This document shows positions 11,463 to 22,451 of a stretch of DNA of 64,000 bases, in pieces (the stretch's first letter is position 1; every line of letters starts with the position of its first letter). Source of the DNA: a virus; the IMG/VR virus record IMGVR_UViG_3300045988_067909. One strand, given 5' to 3'. The translations under genes and the position numbers were made by a program. The notes under the pieces are model-generated. The model saw only the letters and a program-made list of their open reading frames with translations, ran no database searches and was not told the DNA's origin.

Positions 11463-13073
11463 TTAAACTGTGCCTTGATCAGCAATACCCATTTCATATT
11501 CATAGTTATAGAACCAGCTAATACCAGAATCATAAGACATCATCTTTAGATGAATCTTCTTATTAGTTGGTGGGATATATACATATAGATTATTATTATC
11601 TGGCTTAGTAAACTTAAGAATCTTTCTTGTAGTATTACTAGAGTTTGTAAAGTCAATAAATAAGTCAATCCATAATGTAGTATCACGAGTACCACTACGT
11701 TGAATCTTGAACTCTACATTAGAGTCTTGGCTATCAAAGCTATGAATAGTATAAGGATAAATCTTATTAGCTTCAGGGTCGCCAGATGGTAAATGTACCT
11801 TTTCTGCAGGCATAGTTACGTTCTTAGCAGTAACTTTTTCACGTTCCAATGCAGATACACGTGGAGTTAAGTCTTCTGCTAACATTAAACCACTGACTTG
11901 TGTTTTAAGTATATTAACTGAGTTAGTTAATACAGAGTTTTGAGACTCTAAGTTAGTGATATTAGAAGTAAAGTTAGGTACAGCTTCTAGTGTAGCAATA
12001 CGTGTATCATAATCAGCTTTAAACTTAGCAATGTTTAAGCCTTCTAATGTATTCAATCTACCAGAGATAGCAGATACTTCAGATGTAGTACGGTTAGTAT
12101 TACCTTCGATAGCTGATAGTTTAGATTCTGTATTACTTTTTAAAGTTTCAAAAGATGAACTAATAGTATTGACTTTGTTAGTCAACTCAGTAACTTTAGG
12201 TTCTAAATCAGGCTTAGCTAATAAAGTTTGTACTTTAACTTGAAGATCAGTAATCTTAGTGAAAGCAGCAGACTGTGCTTCAATAGCAGTAATACGTCTA
12301 TCTAAAGCAGTAAACTTAGGTTCAGTATCTTCTTTAGACTCTAATGTAGTCAATCTATTATTCATAGCTTGTGTATCAGATTTAAGTCCAGAGATATCTG
12401 TTTTAATAGGATCAATCTCTGCTGTTTTAAGAATCTTAGTATCTAATACATCTAAACGGTTACGGTTAGAATCAGATAAAGTTTTGATTGCTGGTAAGTC
12501 TGCATATAAATCAGCAGTAACTTGGATATCAGCAATTTGTTTACGAAGACGTTTAAACTCTTCAGCATCAGGTGGAGCTAATGTTTCCAATCTAGTAACA
12601 CGTCTAACTACATCTTCATCAATACGTGGTACCCATTTGATTACGTTATTATCTTTAACTGGGTAAGTATTATTACCAGCAACCTTAAAGTTAGAGATAC
12701 CTACTTCAGTATCTTGTACTGTAATAGAACGGTTATCAAATCTTAATGTCGGAGAAAGATAATGTGCTTCATCATTCTCTTTTAGTGTAATATTATTCTT
12801 ATAGATTCTATTGATAGCCTTAGTAAGATTAATCTCACCAACACCCTCAATATTAACGATGAAGTTATCAGCAATAGAACCAGAGTTTGTAAACTCGTTA
12901 ATGATATTAGCGGTAATATCTATAATAACTGATTTGTCATCTGCAGATACTACATAAAGCTTACCTTTTTTATAGTCAACCAAAAGCTCTTTCTTCTGAG
13001 CTATAAACCTGGAGTCATAATCTAAGGCTATAACCGGAGCTCTACCACTGTTGTATCTAGTAGTATTAGGCAT
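11463..13073 (-). CDS. Coiled-coil fibre-like structural protein (536 aa)
   Basis: Strong SD (AAAGGAGGT). The central ~250 aa are heptad-like and alpha-helical (LTTLESKED..KFTALDRRITAIEAQSAAFTKITDLQVKVQTLLAK...TLKSNTESKLSAIEGN..RLNTLEGL..TRIATLEAV), flanked by beta-rich ends, the usual layout of trimeric fibres or whiskers. Confidence 0.45.
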   Translation of the reverse strand: MPNTTRYNSGRAPVIALDYDSRFIAQKKELLVDYKKGKLYVVSADDKSVIIDITANIINEFTNSGSIADNFIVNIEGVGEINLTKAINRIYKNNITLKENDEAHYLSPTLRFDNRSITVQDTEVGISNFKVAGNNTYPVKDNNVIKWVPRIDEDVVRRVTRLETLAPPDAEEFKRLRKQIADIQVTADLYADLPAIKTLSDSNRNRLDVLDTKILKTAEIDPIKTDISGLKSDTQAMNNRLTTLESKEDTEPKFTALDRRITAIEAQSAAFTKITDLQVKVQTLLAKPDLEPKVTELTNKVNTISSSFETLKSNTESKLSAIEGNTNRTTSEVSAISGRLNTLEGLNIAKFKADYDTRIATLEAVPNFTSNITNLESQNSVLTNSVNILKTQVSGLMLAEDLTPRVSALEREKVTAKNVTMPAEKVHLPSGDPEANKIYPYTIHSFDSQDSNVEFKIQRSGTRDTTLWIDLFIDFTNSSNTTRKILKFTKPDNNNLYVYIPPTNKKIHLKMMSYDSGISWFYNYEYEMGIADQGTV

Positions 13074-13120
13074 ATAGTAACCTCCTTTTAAAAGTCGTCA
13101 AATTATATAAATGTTAAAGT

Positions 13121-13160
13121 ACACCAAAAATTGAGGTAGGAGCTTAAAGGCCCCTACCTC
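13121..13160 (-). terminator. Intrinsic terminator between the 1766-aa and 536-aa genes (minus strand)
   Basis: Hairpin gaggtagg-N12-cctacctc. On the minus strand it is followed by aatttttggtg (U-run). Confidence 0.5.
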
Positions 13161-13167
13161 GGTATTT

Positions 13168-16100
13168 TTAGTATTTAAGTTCCCACCAATTGTTTTCTTT
13201 ATAAACTTTAGCTTCGGAACCATCATGAGTAAATGTAGTTTGTACTTCTTCAATATTAGTATATTCATCAGCAGAAGCTTCTGGCTTACTACCAATGAAT
13301 GTAGGACTATTAAAGGAGTTTAATTTATCTTCTTCACTTACAGGAGTAAGCTGTCTATTACGTAAATCATCTAAAACTAATTCATCATTAGTAGCATAGT
13401 CTAAGTCAGGATGTGTCATAACTTCACGACTAGCATTAAATGTATCCATAATATACAAGTTAGATTCTCTAGCTGGTACTAAGTTATCATAAGTGATACT
13501 TAATGCACCATTAGACGTTGCACCTTTACCTACAACTACCATGAATCTTTCACCAGGCTCTACACGCATATCCAAGTAGTTAGATACACCTTCGACACCA
13601 CGAGATACAGATATAACTACACCTTCGTTTGTTAAACGTGTGAATGCTTTAGCGTATTCATCATTGTTCATATTAGTTGGTGAGTAGTTAGCTAATGTAT
13701 CTTGGTCAAATGTATTATATGGTGCTTCAGTGTAAGTACTCTTACCAAATTTAGTAAAGTCAGATTGCTTATCTAATTCGATACCAGCGCTTGTAGTATT
13801 CTTAGATGCAGTACCATAACGTGAAGTAGAAGCATTATAGTATCTATAGATATCAATACGTTCTACTGTAGCACTATCAGGTAATTCAGGTACACTAAAT
13901 TTATTAATACCATATCCTACAATTTGAATAGCTGCCATCTTAGATACATGTGTAACACTATCATTTAATGCAGGAATACCTTCAAAGCCACTACATAATG
14001 CAACTGTCATATTAGTTACACCTTCTGGTACTTCAAAGATAGACTCACCTTCGTCCCATGTAAATACATTATCATAGGAAATAGTCTTATCTTCACCAGC
14101 AGGGATTTCTTCATACATATTCGTATCAGTATTAAGACGTTTAGGGAACCAACCAGCATTAGCAAACGATTTATAGTCTACTATATACTTAGGACGTTTA
14201 CCATCATTCTTATTGAAACCAATACATACGAAACCACCCTTAGGTGCTGTAACTTTGTATTTAATCTTAGGCATAGTCTTAATAGTTTGAATTACTAAGT
14301 TACCAGCTAAGATATTAGGGTCAGCAGAAATGCCATATGTACCCTCTTTAGGATTTAGACCAACAGCCCATCCCTTTTGAGCTACACCATTATTAGATCT
14401 AGGTTGACTAATAGAGAAGATACATTTAATCAACTTATTAAAGTCATCAGCTTTTTCTTGAGGAATCAAGTAAGAAGCTTCACCTACTTTAGCATTAGAT
14501 AATGGATTTGTAGTTCTATTACTGAACACATCTACTTTACTAGAACCAGAGATAGATTGAATGCTTAACTTAGTAATACCCTCAGGTACTGTAAAGCTAT
14601 AGCTACCTGGTGCAGTAAATCTATGAGTGATTTCTTTAACTTCATTGATTTGTTTATTCTTCAAGGTAGATGTATCATATGTATAGATGAATGGTAATCC
14701 TTTGTTTACACCACTAGCGATGTAGTGTTCACGAATGATATGGTTAACGATAGCTTCTTGACTAATATTAGGAACTTTATGTCCTTCAATATCAGAAACC
14801 TTAGTATAGATATCCCACATCTTATCTACATCTTCTAGGTCTACAGAGTTAATGATAGTATCATAATCAGATCTGATATTCTTATAAGGTTCTAAGTCAG
14901 CTATTCTTGGTGTATAATCCATAATAACCGCATTGAATCTTGTTTGAGGATCTTCTGTAAGTCTAATAATATTATTAGCAGGAGTTACAATAGTATCAGC
15001 AACTACTTTCTTACCATTTACATATAAGAAGAATAGTTTAGAATTCATATTGTGTTTGATCTTCTTCTTATCTAGATAGATATATCCATACTCTGTAAGC
15101 TTAGGGTGTTGAACTTCTTCTGAAGAGTAAGACTTATTAGTATTATTAGCTACGTATAAGTACATGAATACTACATTCTTATCCTTAGGGAGAGCATCAT
15201 CAAAATCAACTAAGGATAATCTATTACGTTTCTCGTCAATAGTATATCTAGATGGATCTAGGTATACATTATCGACAAACACTAAGCACTTATTCCCTTG
15301 CTCGAAGTAGTTATCGAATGGTAATACGATATCAAAGTCCATTTGGTTTTCCATAGTAGACTTAGTAATACCAATATCCTTTTCGACTACAGCATATTTG
15401 GAATCAATCAATGTAAATAAGACTTCTCTACCTGCTACGGTTTTGATATTATCATTGATAAATTTGATATAACCAGTAGCATTATTGATAGTATAGTTAG
15501 AAGAGTCTATGAATGTACTACCAATAGTAACAAAGAAGTTATGATCATATAATAGAGTTTCTTCAAATGGAATCTTAATATCTCTTTGACCATCAGTAGC
15601 AATAGTAGTAGCCTTGCTAGTAAAGATACCATACTTAGAAGTATCTACCATATCACCAATAGAACCGGTTACATCATCGATTGGTTGACAGTATACAAAG
15701 ATAAAGTCAATTTCACGACCATAAGGAATCTTATCATCATCACCTAAGAATCGTAAATCATCACCATCGATTACATAACGACGTTTATCTACAAGAGTAT
15801 CACCAATAACTAAGAAGAACTTATTGTCTCGTTTATTATAGTCATGGAATACTTCAGGTAACTTGAAGACTTGTTGATCGTCTTTAGTTGCTCTAATAGT
15901 AATAGTATGGTTCTTCACACTAACCTTATTACCAACCATAAAGTTGAATACTAATTCTTGTCCAATGTCTAAACCGTATGGTGAAGTCAATGTCATAGTA
16001 TTAGTATCAGGGTCTACGATATAGTCATCTGTATCTAAGAAGATACCATTACGGATAACGAAGAATTCATTGCCATCTTTAAAGTAATCACCGTAAGGTA

Positions 16101-18468
16101 CTGGTACAGTAAACTTAGTTTGGTTTTCAATATTAGCAGTTACACGTACAGCACTAGCATCTAGAGTATACTTGTTTGTAGGATATACGAATACAAATAC
16201 CATAGCAGTATTAGGGTCTAGATGTAAGTCATTATTACGGAATCTAATAGTACGACCACCATCTTCAATAGTGTATCGAGATGGGTTTACATACAAGCCT
16301 CTATAGGATACGAAGAAGAAACCATTATAACCCTCATATGGATAAGGGATATCATAATAGATATCATCTACAGATTCAGCATAAGTGAATCTAGCATCTA
16401 CAGTTAAGATGTCTTCTTCTTTAACACCACCAAATGTATCTACATCTAATGATTTATTAAAGATGAATACAAATGTCAATTCACGACCTAATGGTAAATA
16501 ATCACTAGGGTCTTTCATGATAATCTTATCACCAATCACGTCATATCTAGATTGCTCTAAGATTACACTACCACGCATTACAAAGAAACTATTCTTATCA
16601 TTCAAGAAGCTCTTTGTAGGGAATGGAATACTAAAGATAGGTTGATTATCAATAGTAGCTTTGACATGAGTAACTTGTGCTGTATTGTTTGTACCAATAT
16701 CCACATAGTTCAAAGCATCTGGAACATAGAAGATTTCCACTCTATCACCAGGGTCTGCCATAATACGTGTATGGATTACAGGTCTAACTACAGAGTTATC
16801 TGGTTCTTCGAATAAGAAACGATACATATCTTTAGATAGCATACGTCCATTATGGAATACCAAATATCTATCTGGGTCTTTACAAGCTACAAAGTCCTTA
16901 GTTAGATAGAAAGTACAACGTTTAAAGTTCACTGGTGGATAGTAAGCATATCTGAATTGACGTTTAGATGCCATATAGATATCTTTACCATACCAGTTAG
17001 CATCAGTAAAGCTAATAGTCTTAGCTTCTTTATCAATAGTAAATGGTGCATCGAATAAAGAATTTTTAGTAAACTCAAGACAGTCATAGTAGATATGATT
17101 GTCTGTATAGTTAGCAAATACAATTAAGTCTTCGTATGGAATAGTAGTGTTCTCAATAGTATCAGTATTAGGCACTTGAACTTTGAGGAAGTTATTATTG
17201 ACTCTAGAGAATCTTACAATCTCAAAAGTATCATATTCTTGAATATCATCATACTCTTCTTGAGTTAATTGTAATTGGAATTCACTACCGATATATTTGA
17301 TGCGGTTATATAAATCCCATAACTCACCATTACGATGAATCATAACGAATGTTTCTGTACGGTCATGTAGACCACGTGGCATTCTAAAGATTAAGTCATT
17401 CCCAATATAAGATTTGAATTCATTACCAGTATAAGAATCACTATAGATATTAGCTAGCTTTTCATATAGCTCATCGAAGAATGCACCATTATACCGAGAG
17501 ATATATCTAATACCATGCAAGAAGTTATCACTATATTCAGTATCATTACGATATTCGTAATCGAAGTCTTTCTGCATTGTATGTAAGTCTAACCCTTTGA
17601 TTGTATTATCTACTAAAGCAGATTTCATAATATCATCATTAGGTGGTCTAACAATATTAGATTGGTTATCATTAACTACGGCTCTATAGAAGTACTTCAT
17701 AACCAAGTCTTTATCTATAGGATTACCATCATTAATTGATACTAAGTTAAGATTCTTGACATCAGGTTTAATAGTAGGGTTTAGTTTACTCTCAGTGAAA
17801 CAAATGAAGTTCTTATCAGTAGACTTATGACGTTTATCTACTAAGATATCTAAGTTATCAATAGTAGCACCAGCTAAGTTAGACCATTGTTTAGTTATAA
17901 GATTAATACGTTCAGTATTAGTAGATACTACAATAGCACCATAGTCTAATGCTAAACCATTATCACCAAATCTGAAGATAACTGTTTCTTTGTAAGGAAT
18001 ATTACGTTTTTCAGAATAGCTTACATTGAATGGGATATTGATGATTTGTACGTCATCAATATGAATAGGGTCAATACCCACTTTATTATTTATATAGAGA
18101 TATGTATATCGTTGATCTCTAACTAGTGTAATATCAGACCATTTGATAAATAAACCATTGACGAATACTAAAGATGGATTAACCAATCTTTCATCAACAG
18201 CATCTTTAAAGTTCTTGATATATACTAGTTTCTTTTTGGATGGTCTATCTGTAATAAATCGTAGACCGTTGACTTTGAGTACGTATTTGTCTTTACCAAA
18301 TACATATCTATGACGGCCCTCTTCGAGATAGTACTGAGATACAGACCAAGAGATATCTAATAACTCAGGAATCATACCAGCTTGAATAGATTCGATATTC
18401 TTTACAGTATAATTCCTGAGTAAATCTACATGCTCTACAATATTAATCTCATTGTGATTATGTCGCAT
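13168..18468 (-). CDS. Giant virion structural protein (1766 aa) with at least eight tandem ~95-aa beta-domain repeats
   Basis: The repeats recur every ~95 aa between about aa 540 and 1100 (about nt 15100..16900). Examples: FFVIRNGIFLDTDDYIVDPDTNTMTLTSPYGLDIGQELVFNF; FFLVIGDTLVDKRRYVIDGDDLRFLGDDDKIPYGREIDFIFVY; FFVTIGSTFIDSSNYTINNATGYIKF...REVLFTLI; LVFVDNVYLDPSRYTIDEKRNRLSLVDF...VVFMYLYV; FFFVSYRGLYVNPSRYTIEDGGRTIRF...MVFVFVY. Confidence 0.5.
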   Translation of the reverse strand: MRHNHNEINIVEHVDLLRNYTVKNIESIQAGMIPELLDISWSVSQYYLEEGRHRYVFGKDKYVLKVNGLRFITDRPSKKKLVYIKNFKDAVDERLVNPSLVFVNGLFIKWSDITLVRDQRYTYLYINNKVGIDPIHIDDVQIINIPFNVSYSEKRNIPYKETVIFRFGDNGLALDYGAIVVSTNTERINLITKQWSNLAGATIDNLDILVDKRHKSTDKNFICFTESKLNPTIKPDVKNLNLVSINDGNPIDKDLVMKYFYRAVVNDNQSNIVRPPNDDIMKSALVDNTIKGLDLHTMQKDFDYEYRNDTEYSDNFLHGIRYISRYNGAFFDELYEKLANIYSDSYTGNEFKSYIGNDLIFRMPRGLHDRTETFVMIHRNGELWDLYNRIKYIGSEFQLQLTQEEYDDIQEYDTFEIVRFSRVNNNFLKVQVPNTDTIENTTIPYEDLIVFANYTDNHIYYDCLEFTKNSLFDAPFTIDKEAKTISFTDANWYGKDIYMASKRQFRYAYYPPVNFKRCTFYLTKDFVACKDPDRYLVFHNGRMLSKDMYRFLFEEPDNSVVRPVIHTRIMADPGDRVEIFYVPDALNYVDIGTNNTAQVTHVKATIDNQPIFSIPFPTKSFLNDKNSFFVMRGSVILEQSRYDVIGDKIIMKDPSDYLPLGRELTFVFIFNKSLDVDTFGGVKEEDILTVDARFTYAESVDDIYYDIPYPYEGYNGFFFVSYRGLYVNPSRYTIEDGGRTIRFRNNDLHLDPNTAMVFVFVYPTNKYTLDASAVRVTANIENQTKFTVPVPYGDYFKDGNEFFVIRNGIFLDTDDYIVDPDTNTMTLTSPYGLDIGQELVFNFMVGNKVSVKNHTITIRATKDDQQVFKLPEVFHDYNKRDNKFFLVIGDTLVDKRRYVIDGDDLRFLGDDDKIPYGREIDFIFVYCQPIDDVTGSIGDMVDTSKYGIFTSKATTIATDGQRDIKIPFEETLLYDHNFFVTIGSTFIDSSNYTINNATGYIKFINDNIKTVAGREVLFTLIDSKYAVVEKDIGITKSTMENQMDFDIVLPFDNYFEQGNKCLVFVDNVYLDPSRYTIDEKRNRLSLVDFDDALPKDKNVVFMYLYVANNTNKSYSSEEVQHPKLTEYGYIYLDKKKIKHNMNSKLFFLYVNGKKVVADTIVTPANNIIRLTEDPQTRFNAVIMDYTPRIADLEPYKNIRSDYDTIINSVDLEDVDKMWDIYTKVSDIEGHKVPNISQEAIVNHIIREHYIASGVNKGLPFIYTYDTSTLKNKQINEVKEITHRFTAPGSYSFTVPEGITKLSIQSISGSSKVDVFSNRTTNPLSNAKVGEASYLIPQEKADDFNKLIKCIFSISQPRSNNGVAQKGWAVGLNPKEGTYGISADPNILAGNLVIQTIKTMPKIKYKVTAPKGGFVCIGFNKNDGKRPKYIVDYKSFANAGWFPKRLNTDTNMYEEIPAGEDKTISYDNVFTWDEGESIFEVPEGVTNMTVALCSGFEGIPALNDSVTHVSKMAAIQIVGYGINKFSVPELPDSATVERIDIYRYYNASTSRYGTASKNTTSAGIELDKQSDFTKFGKSTYTEAPYNTFDQDTLANYSPTNMNNDEYAKAFTRLTNEGVVISVSRGVEGVSNYLDMRVEPGERFMVVVGKGATSNGALSITYDNLVPARESNLYIMDTFNASREVMTHPDLDYATNDELVLDDLRNRQLTPVSEEDKLNSFNSPTFIGSKPEASADEYTNIEEVQTTFTHDGSEAKVYKENNWWELKY

Positions 18469-18482
18469 GTATTATCCTCCGA

Positions 18483-19415
18483 TTAGATTACTTTTTTCAA
18501 AATATCATTACAGTATGCTACCATTGCATTACCAGCTACTTTTTCAATAGTGGATTGGTTATTCAAGAAACAACCAACGTATGCATCAGTAAGCATAGCA
18601 CTGAATGCTGGGAAGTATTCTAATGCAAACATAGTTCCTGGTGTATATAGTTTAATCCATGTAGCCAAGAATGATTGTAATTCTAATTCTTTAAGCTTAA
18701 GAATATCATTACATGTATGCATGAAATAATCAATATTAGCAAAAGATTCTACTTCAAGATATGCTACAAGAAGTTCTTTCTCACGTTCAGTAATATTAGC
18801 AATCTTCTTAGCTAAGTTTACGTTAACACTAAATCTAGATTTCTTATACACCGTATTAAGGAAGTATAATGCAGATAAGAATAAGCAACGGTTACGTAGA
18901 CCGTTGATATTATTAATCTTGAATAGATAGTTGATGATATTAGTGAATAAGTTAGCAAATGCATGTGCAGCATCTTCAATAGTACTAGTACCAGTAATCT
19001 TATCTAGATGATAAGCATGGATAGTAGCTGCATAGATAAGGTTAGCAATCAATACACTAATATTATGACAAACGTACTTACCATTATCATCTAACTCAAT
19101 AAGACCATATACGTCAATATAGATTGCATATTTATTACGATCACCTTTAAGATCTCTAGCCATGAATACTTTCATCATTCTAGGCATAGGTTTCTTACCA
19201 ATAACTAATTTAAGTCCTTTGAAGTTTAAGAACTCAACTAAGTTACTAGATAACTTTTGTTGCTTACGAACTTCATAAGCAATATCTTCAAACTCTTTAG
19301 AAGATATATCAATCACTTTACCAGCATTGATGAATTCGACCATTTCTTTTTCGAATTCTTGTTTGTGTTGTTGGAAAAGGAAAGTAGTATTCAATGTTTT
19401 AATTTCTTGTGCCAT
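18483..19415 (-). CDS. Hypothetical protein (310 aa), first gene of the leftward structural operon
   Basis: ORF with SD (GGAGGAG). I recognised no motifs. Confidence 0.4.
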   Translation of the reverse strand: MAQEIKTLNTTFLFQQHKQEFEKEMVEFINAGKVIDISSKEFEDIAYEVRKQQKLSSNLVEFLNFKGLKLVIGKKPMPRMMKVFMARDLKGDRNKYAIYIDVYGLIELDDNGKYVCHNISVLIANLIYAATIHAYHLDKITGTSTIEDAAHAFANLFTNIINYLFKINNINGLRNRCLFLSALYFLNTVYKKSRFSVNVNLAKKIANITEREKELLVAYLEVESFANIDYFMHTCNDILKLKELELQSFLATWIKLYTPGTMFALEYFPAFSAMLTDAYVGCFLNNQSTIEKVAGNAMVAYCNDILKKVI

Positions 19416-19687
19416 GAATAGTAGCTCCTCCGTTGAAAAAATAAGAGATTTTACTAATATGTTTCCCTAGGCTATTTATATCGAGTCAGGGTTATATGCC
19501 CCTATGCCACAGTGTGACATAAAGGCATATAGGAATTGGTAGTATATATTTATTATAGGAGAAATTTTAAACGCATTAAACTAAACAAGATTTATTAGTC
19601 GCCGCATTTACTAATAAGTTATGATTGTAAAAGTTTAATTTAACTATATTGTCAACTATATATTATAGAAATGGAGGTGTTTAAATA

Positions 19688-20377
19688 ATGCTAGTAGATT
19701 TGTCTTTAGACCATGTAACCCATGTATCTAAATACGCAGAAGAAAGTGAGGCTAAAAGAGTAACAGAAATACTTTCCTATATCAGTGAAGAATCTCTAAT
19801 GTACTGGGCTAATAGCTTAGGCTTTAAAGGTATAAGCTATAAGAAAGAACTATCGAGATATGCTGTTATAGGAACCAAAGTCCACTCTGAAATAGAGCGA
19901 TTCTTATCCGGAGATAGAGACTTAAACACTATTAATCCTGATGACTATACCCAAGCTGGATTCTATGCTTTCATATCTTGGTATGATGAGCAAGTGAATA
20001 AGTTTGGTAAGACTATAGAGATATTAGGATTAGAGCAATCCTTTGAAGGGAAATACTTCAGAGGAACTATTGATTGTATCATGAGGGTTGATGGGTTATT
20101 ATACCTAGTTGATTTCAAGACATCTAGTCATATAGGGTACAAATACTTTATGCAGTTAGCTGCTTATGAATACTTATGGTCTAAAGCTGGTAATGAACCA
20201 GTATTTGGATTCATGATTATTCAATTAAACAGAGATAACCCTGCTAAGTATGCTACTTATACACTAGATGCTATTGATGGTGGTAATACCTATCTATATA
20301 ATCTTCTTCAAGATACATTCTTTAAGTTAACGCAAATTGCTTTTAATGTAGATGAATTGAAGGGAGTTTACAAATAA
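19688..20377 (+). CDS. PD-(D/E)xK-family nuclease (RecB/YqaJ/Cas4-like fold, without the Cys cluster)
   Basis: Motifs GTIDCIM..DG...LVDFKTS (D...(D/E)xK) and QLAAYEY (QxxxY), in the spacing typical of RecB-family exonucleases. No C-terminal 4-Cys cluster. Confidence 0.5.
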   Translation: MLVDLSLDHVTHVSKYAEESEAKRVTEILSYISEESLMYWANSLGFKGISYKKELSRYAVIGTKVHSEIERFLSGDRDLNTINPDDYTQAGFYAFISWYDEQVNKFGKTIEILGLEQSFEGKYFRGTIDCIMRVDGLLYLVDFKTSSHIGYKYFMQLAAYEYLWSKAGNEPVFGFMIIQLNRDNPAKYATYTLDAIDGGNTYLYNLLQDTFFKLTQIAFNVDELKGVYK

Positions 20378-20886
20378 TGGCAAACAACAACACATATCTT
20401 TTAGATCTGATGATTAAACGTGCTGATTTAGAAGATAGATTTGAAGAAAACACAAATTTCCTTAAGTTACCATTATTATGGTGGAAACTTAAGAGAATGG
20501 ATTCCAAAATTTACAAGTTCTGTAGTGATGCATTAATGATAGATGTATTAGACAATGTAGCAGAAGTTTGTAAAGTTATTGGCAACGGAACTAAGCTGTA
20601 TAATAATATGAATATAGATATAAAATTAGAAGGAACTCGTCTAGCTATTACTAGATACTACATAGGAAGACGTATGTTTGGCTCCATCACTACATCTAAA
20701 GTTGAATATAATACAGCTAATGCAGACAGTATCAAATACATCATTTCTAGAGAATCTATAAATGAAACAACTGAAAATACAGAAATCAAATATGAATATG
20801 ACGATGATGATGATTTCACTAATCATGGTATTCGTACTCTTATTAATGAATTCTGTACTAAGTTAATTTCTCCGGATGAAATTTAG
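20377..20886 (+). CDS. Hypothetical protein (169 aa) with an acidic C-terminus
   Basis: Its start overlaps the upstream stop (TAATG), indicating translational coupling. The stretch DDDDDF is acidic. Confidence 0.35.
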   Translation: MANNNTYLLDLMIKRADLEDRFEENTNFLKLPLLWWKLKRMDSKIYKFCSDALMIDVLDNVAEVCKVIGNGTKLYNNMNIDIKLEGTRLAITRYYIGRRMFGSITTSKVEYNTANADSIKYIISRESINETTENTEIKYEYDDDDDFTNHGIRTLINEFCTKLISPDEI

Positions 20887-20898
20887 TTAAGGTGAATT

Positions 20899-21534
20899 AT
20901 GGAAGACAACTACAAGCATTATTTTGACCTCACAGTAGCTCTTACATCATTAGACTTAATTAAAACTGAGTATGATAAATTACCATGGTATAAAAAAATA
21001 TTCCGTGGAAAGAAATACGACAAAGAAGTATCCAATCTACATGATAAGATATGGGATTGTGTAAATAAGTTATACAATCAACCATTCGTATCTGCTACAT
21101 TGATACTATATCTTGAATGTACATACATCATACCACTTAAATATAGCGGTATAGTTAGACGATCTAAGCATAAGAAAGACTTTGATATGTTTTACATAAA
21201 TAGAGTCAAGTTAGAATCTGCTATTGAGATATATGCAGCAAAGACTATATCTCAATATATAGAACGTAACGTTAGTATTACATTTGGACCACTCACTTAT
21301 CATTCTAAACAATTGACAGTTGGGGAAGTCCAATATACTGTACGTTCATTAACATCATTAGATTATACTGAAACAGAGTACTTCTCTTGTGATTTATTAG
21401 ACTTTGAGAATACATTGAAGACTGATATAAAAGAGCGTGAGAAATTTATTTTAGATGCTATTAATTTAGCACTTACGGATACCGTAGAGCTATTGCTAAA
21501 GCATGGTCTATCTGGTGAACCGTTATTATATTAA
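20899..21534 (+). CDS. Hypothetical protein (211 aa)
   Basis: ORF with SD (AAGGTGA). Confidence 0.35.
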   Translation: MEDNYKHYFDLTVALTSLDLIKTEYDKLPWYKKIFRGKKYDKEVSNLHDKIWDCVNKLYNQPFVSATLILYLECTYIIPLKYSGIVRRSKHKKDFDMFYINRVKLESAIEIYAAKTISQYIERNVSITFGPLTYHSKQLTVGEVQYTVRSLTSLDYTETEYFSCDLLDFENTLKTDIKEREKFILDAINLALTDTVELLLKHGLSGEPLLY

Positions 21535-21553
21535 GAAATACGAGGTAATAAAA

Positions 21554-22417
21554 ATGGAAAACAAGAAGCGCATTACAGAAGAAGATCTTTTTAAAGATTT
21601 AGATTTAAACATTGATGATTTATTTACAGTTAATGATGTCTTTAAAGAATTGACGTCTACACGATATGGTTTTTATCATGTAGCAACTATACTATGTGCT
21701 GGTATTCATGGTCTATTAACCACATCATACATTATTAAAGAACTAGAAGCATTCACTTTGGATTCTTATCGCAATATGAAATACCATTTCGAAGATGATG
21801 ATGGTAATTTCGGTGCAGCTATGGCAGTAAATGCTAAGACAGGTGAAGAAGTAGACTTTGCATTAGGATTTCTTAATGTAGATGACTATGATATTAAAGA
21901 GTTCTTGCTTAAAGAAGACCTAGAAGAGTATCTTGAACGTAAAGAGTCTACTGGTTGTTCTTTAGGTGAAGCTATTGGTACTGATGTGCTACTAATAAAC
22001 ATTCGTTTTGCACATAAACGTATTGTGGTTATGTTTGATAGCCGTAATGAACGTCTAATCTTATTAGGTGAGAAAGAGAACCATGAATTAGACATGTTAA
22101 ACCCTAAAGATGAACATAAGCTATACTATGCTATCATGTCATCTATTCTATCTATCTTTGTTTATATGGATATGGAAGATTCTAAGTACAGAGTCTACGA
22201 TAAAGATAGTGCATTTAAACGTCTTGATGAACTTATCACTACATGTGATGATGATGAAGTAAAAGCACTATTTGGTAAGTTCTTCTTAGAAGAAGTTACT
22301 AGAAAAGATAGCGCATCTAACTATGCACAAGTATTAATGGCTTTACGTGAAGCTGCTATGGAAGGTAGCAACACACCTGAGTTCCCAGACCCAGCTGATA
22401 AAGATAAACTAAACTAA
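21554..22417 (+). CDS. Hypothetical acidic protein (288 aa from ATG 21554; the ORF track starts at 21503)
   Basis: ATG 21554 is preceded by ATACGAGGTAA, a recurrent SD context. No motifs. Confidence 0.35.
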   Translation: MENKKRITEEDLFKDLDLNIDDLFTVNDVFKELTSTRYGFYHVATILCAGIHGLLTTSYIIKELEAFTLDSYRNMKYHFEDDDGNFGAAMAVNAKTGEEVDFALGFLNVDDYDIKEFLLKEDLEEYLERKESTGCSLGEAIGTDVLLINIRFAHKRIVVMFDSRNERLILLGEKENHELDMLNPKDEHKLYYAIMSSILSIFVYMDMEDSKYRVYDKDSAFKRLDELITTCDDDEVKALFGKFFLEEVTRKDSASNYAQVLMALREAAMEGSNTPEFPDPADKDKLN

Positions 22418-22451
22418 CTTAGTAGTAATGACTTATTAAGGAGGTAATAAT

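Noticed and set aside
13098-13295. Minus-strand 65-aa ORF overlapping the end of the 1766-aa gene and the terminator
   Set aside because: It is nested in or overlaps a strong ORF and the terminator hairpin, so it is spurious.
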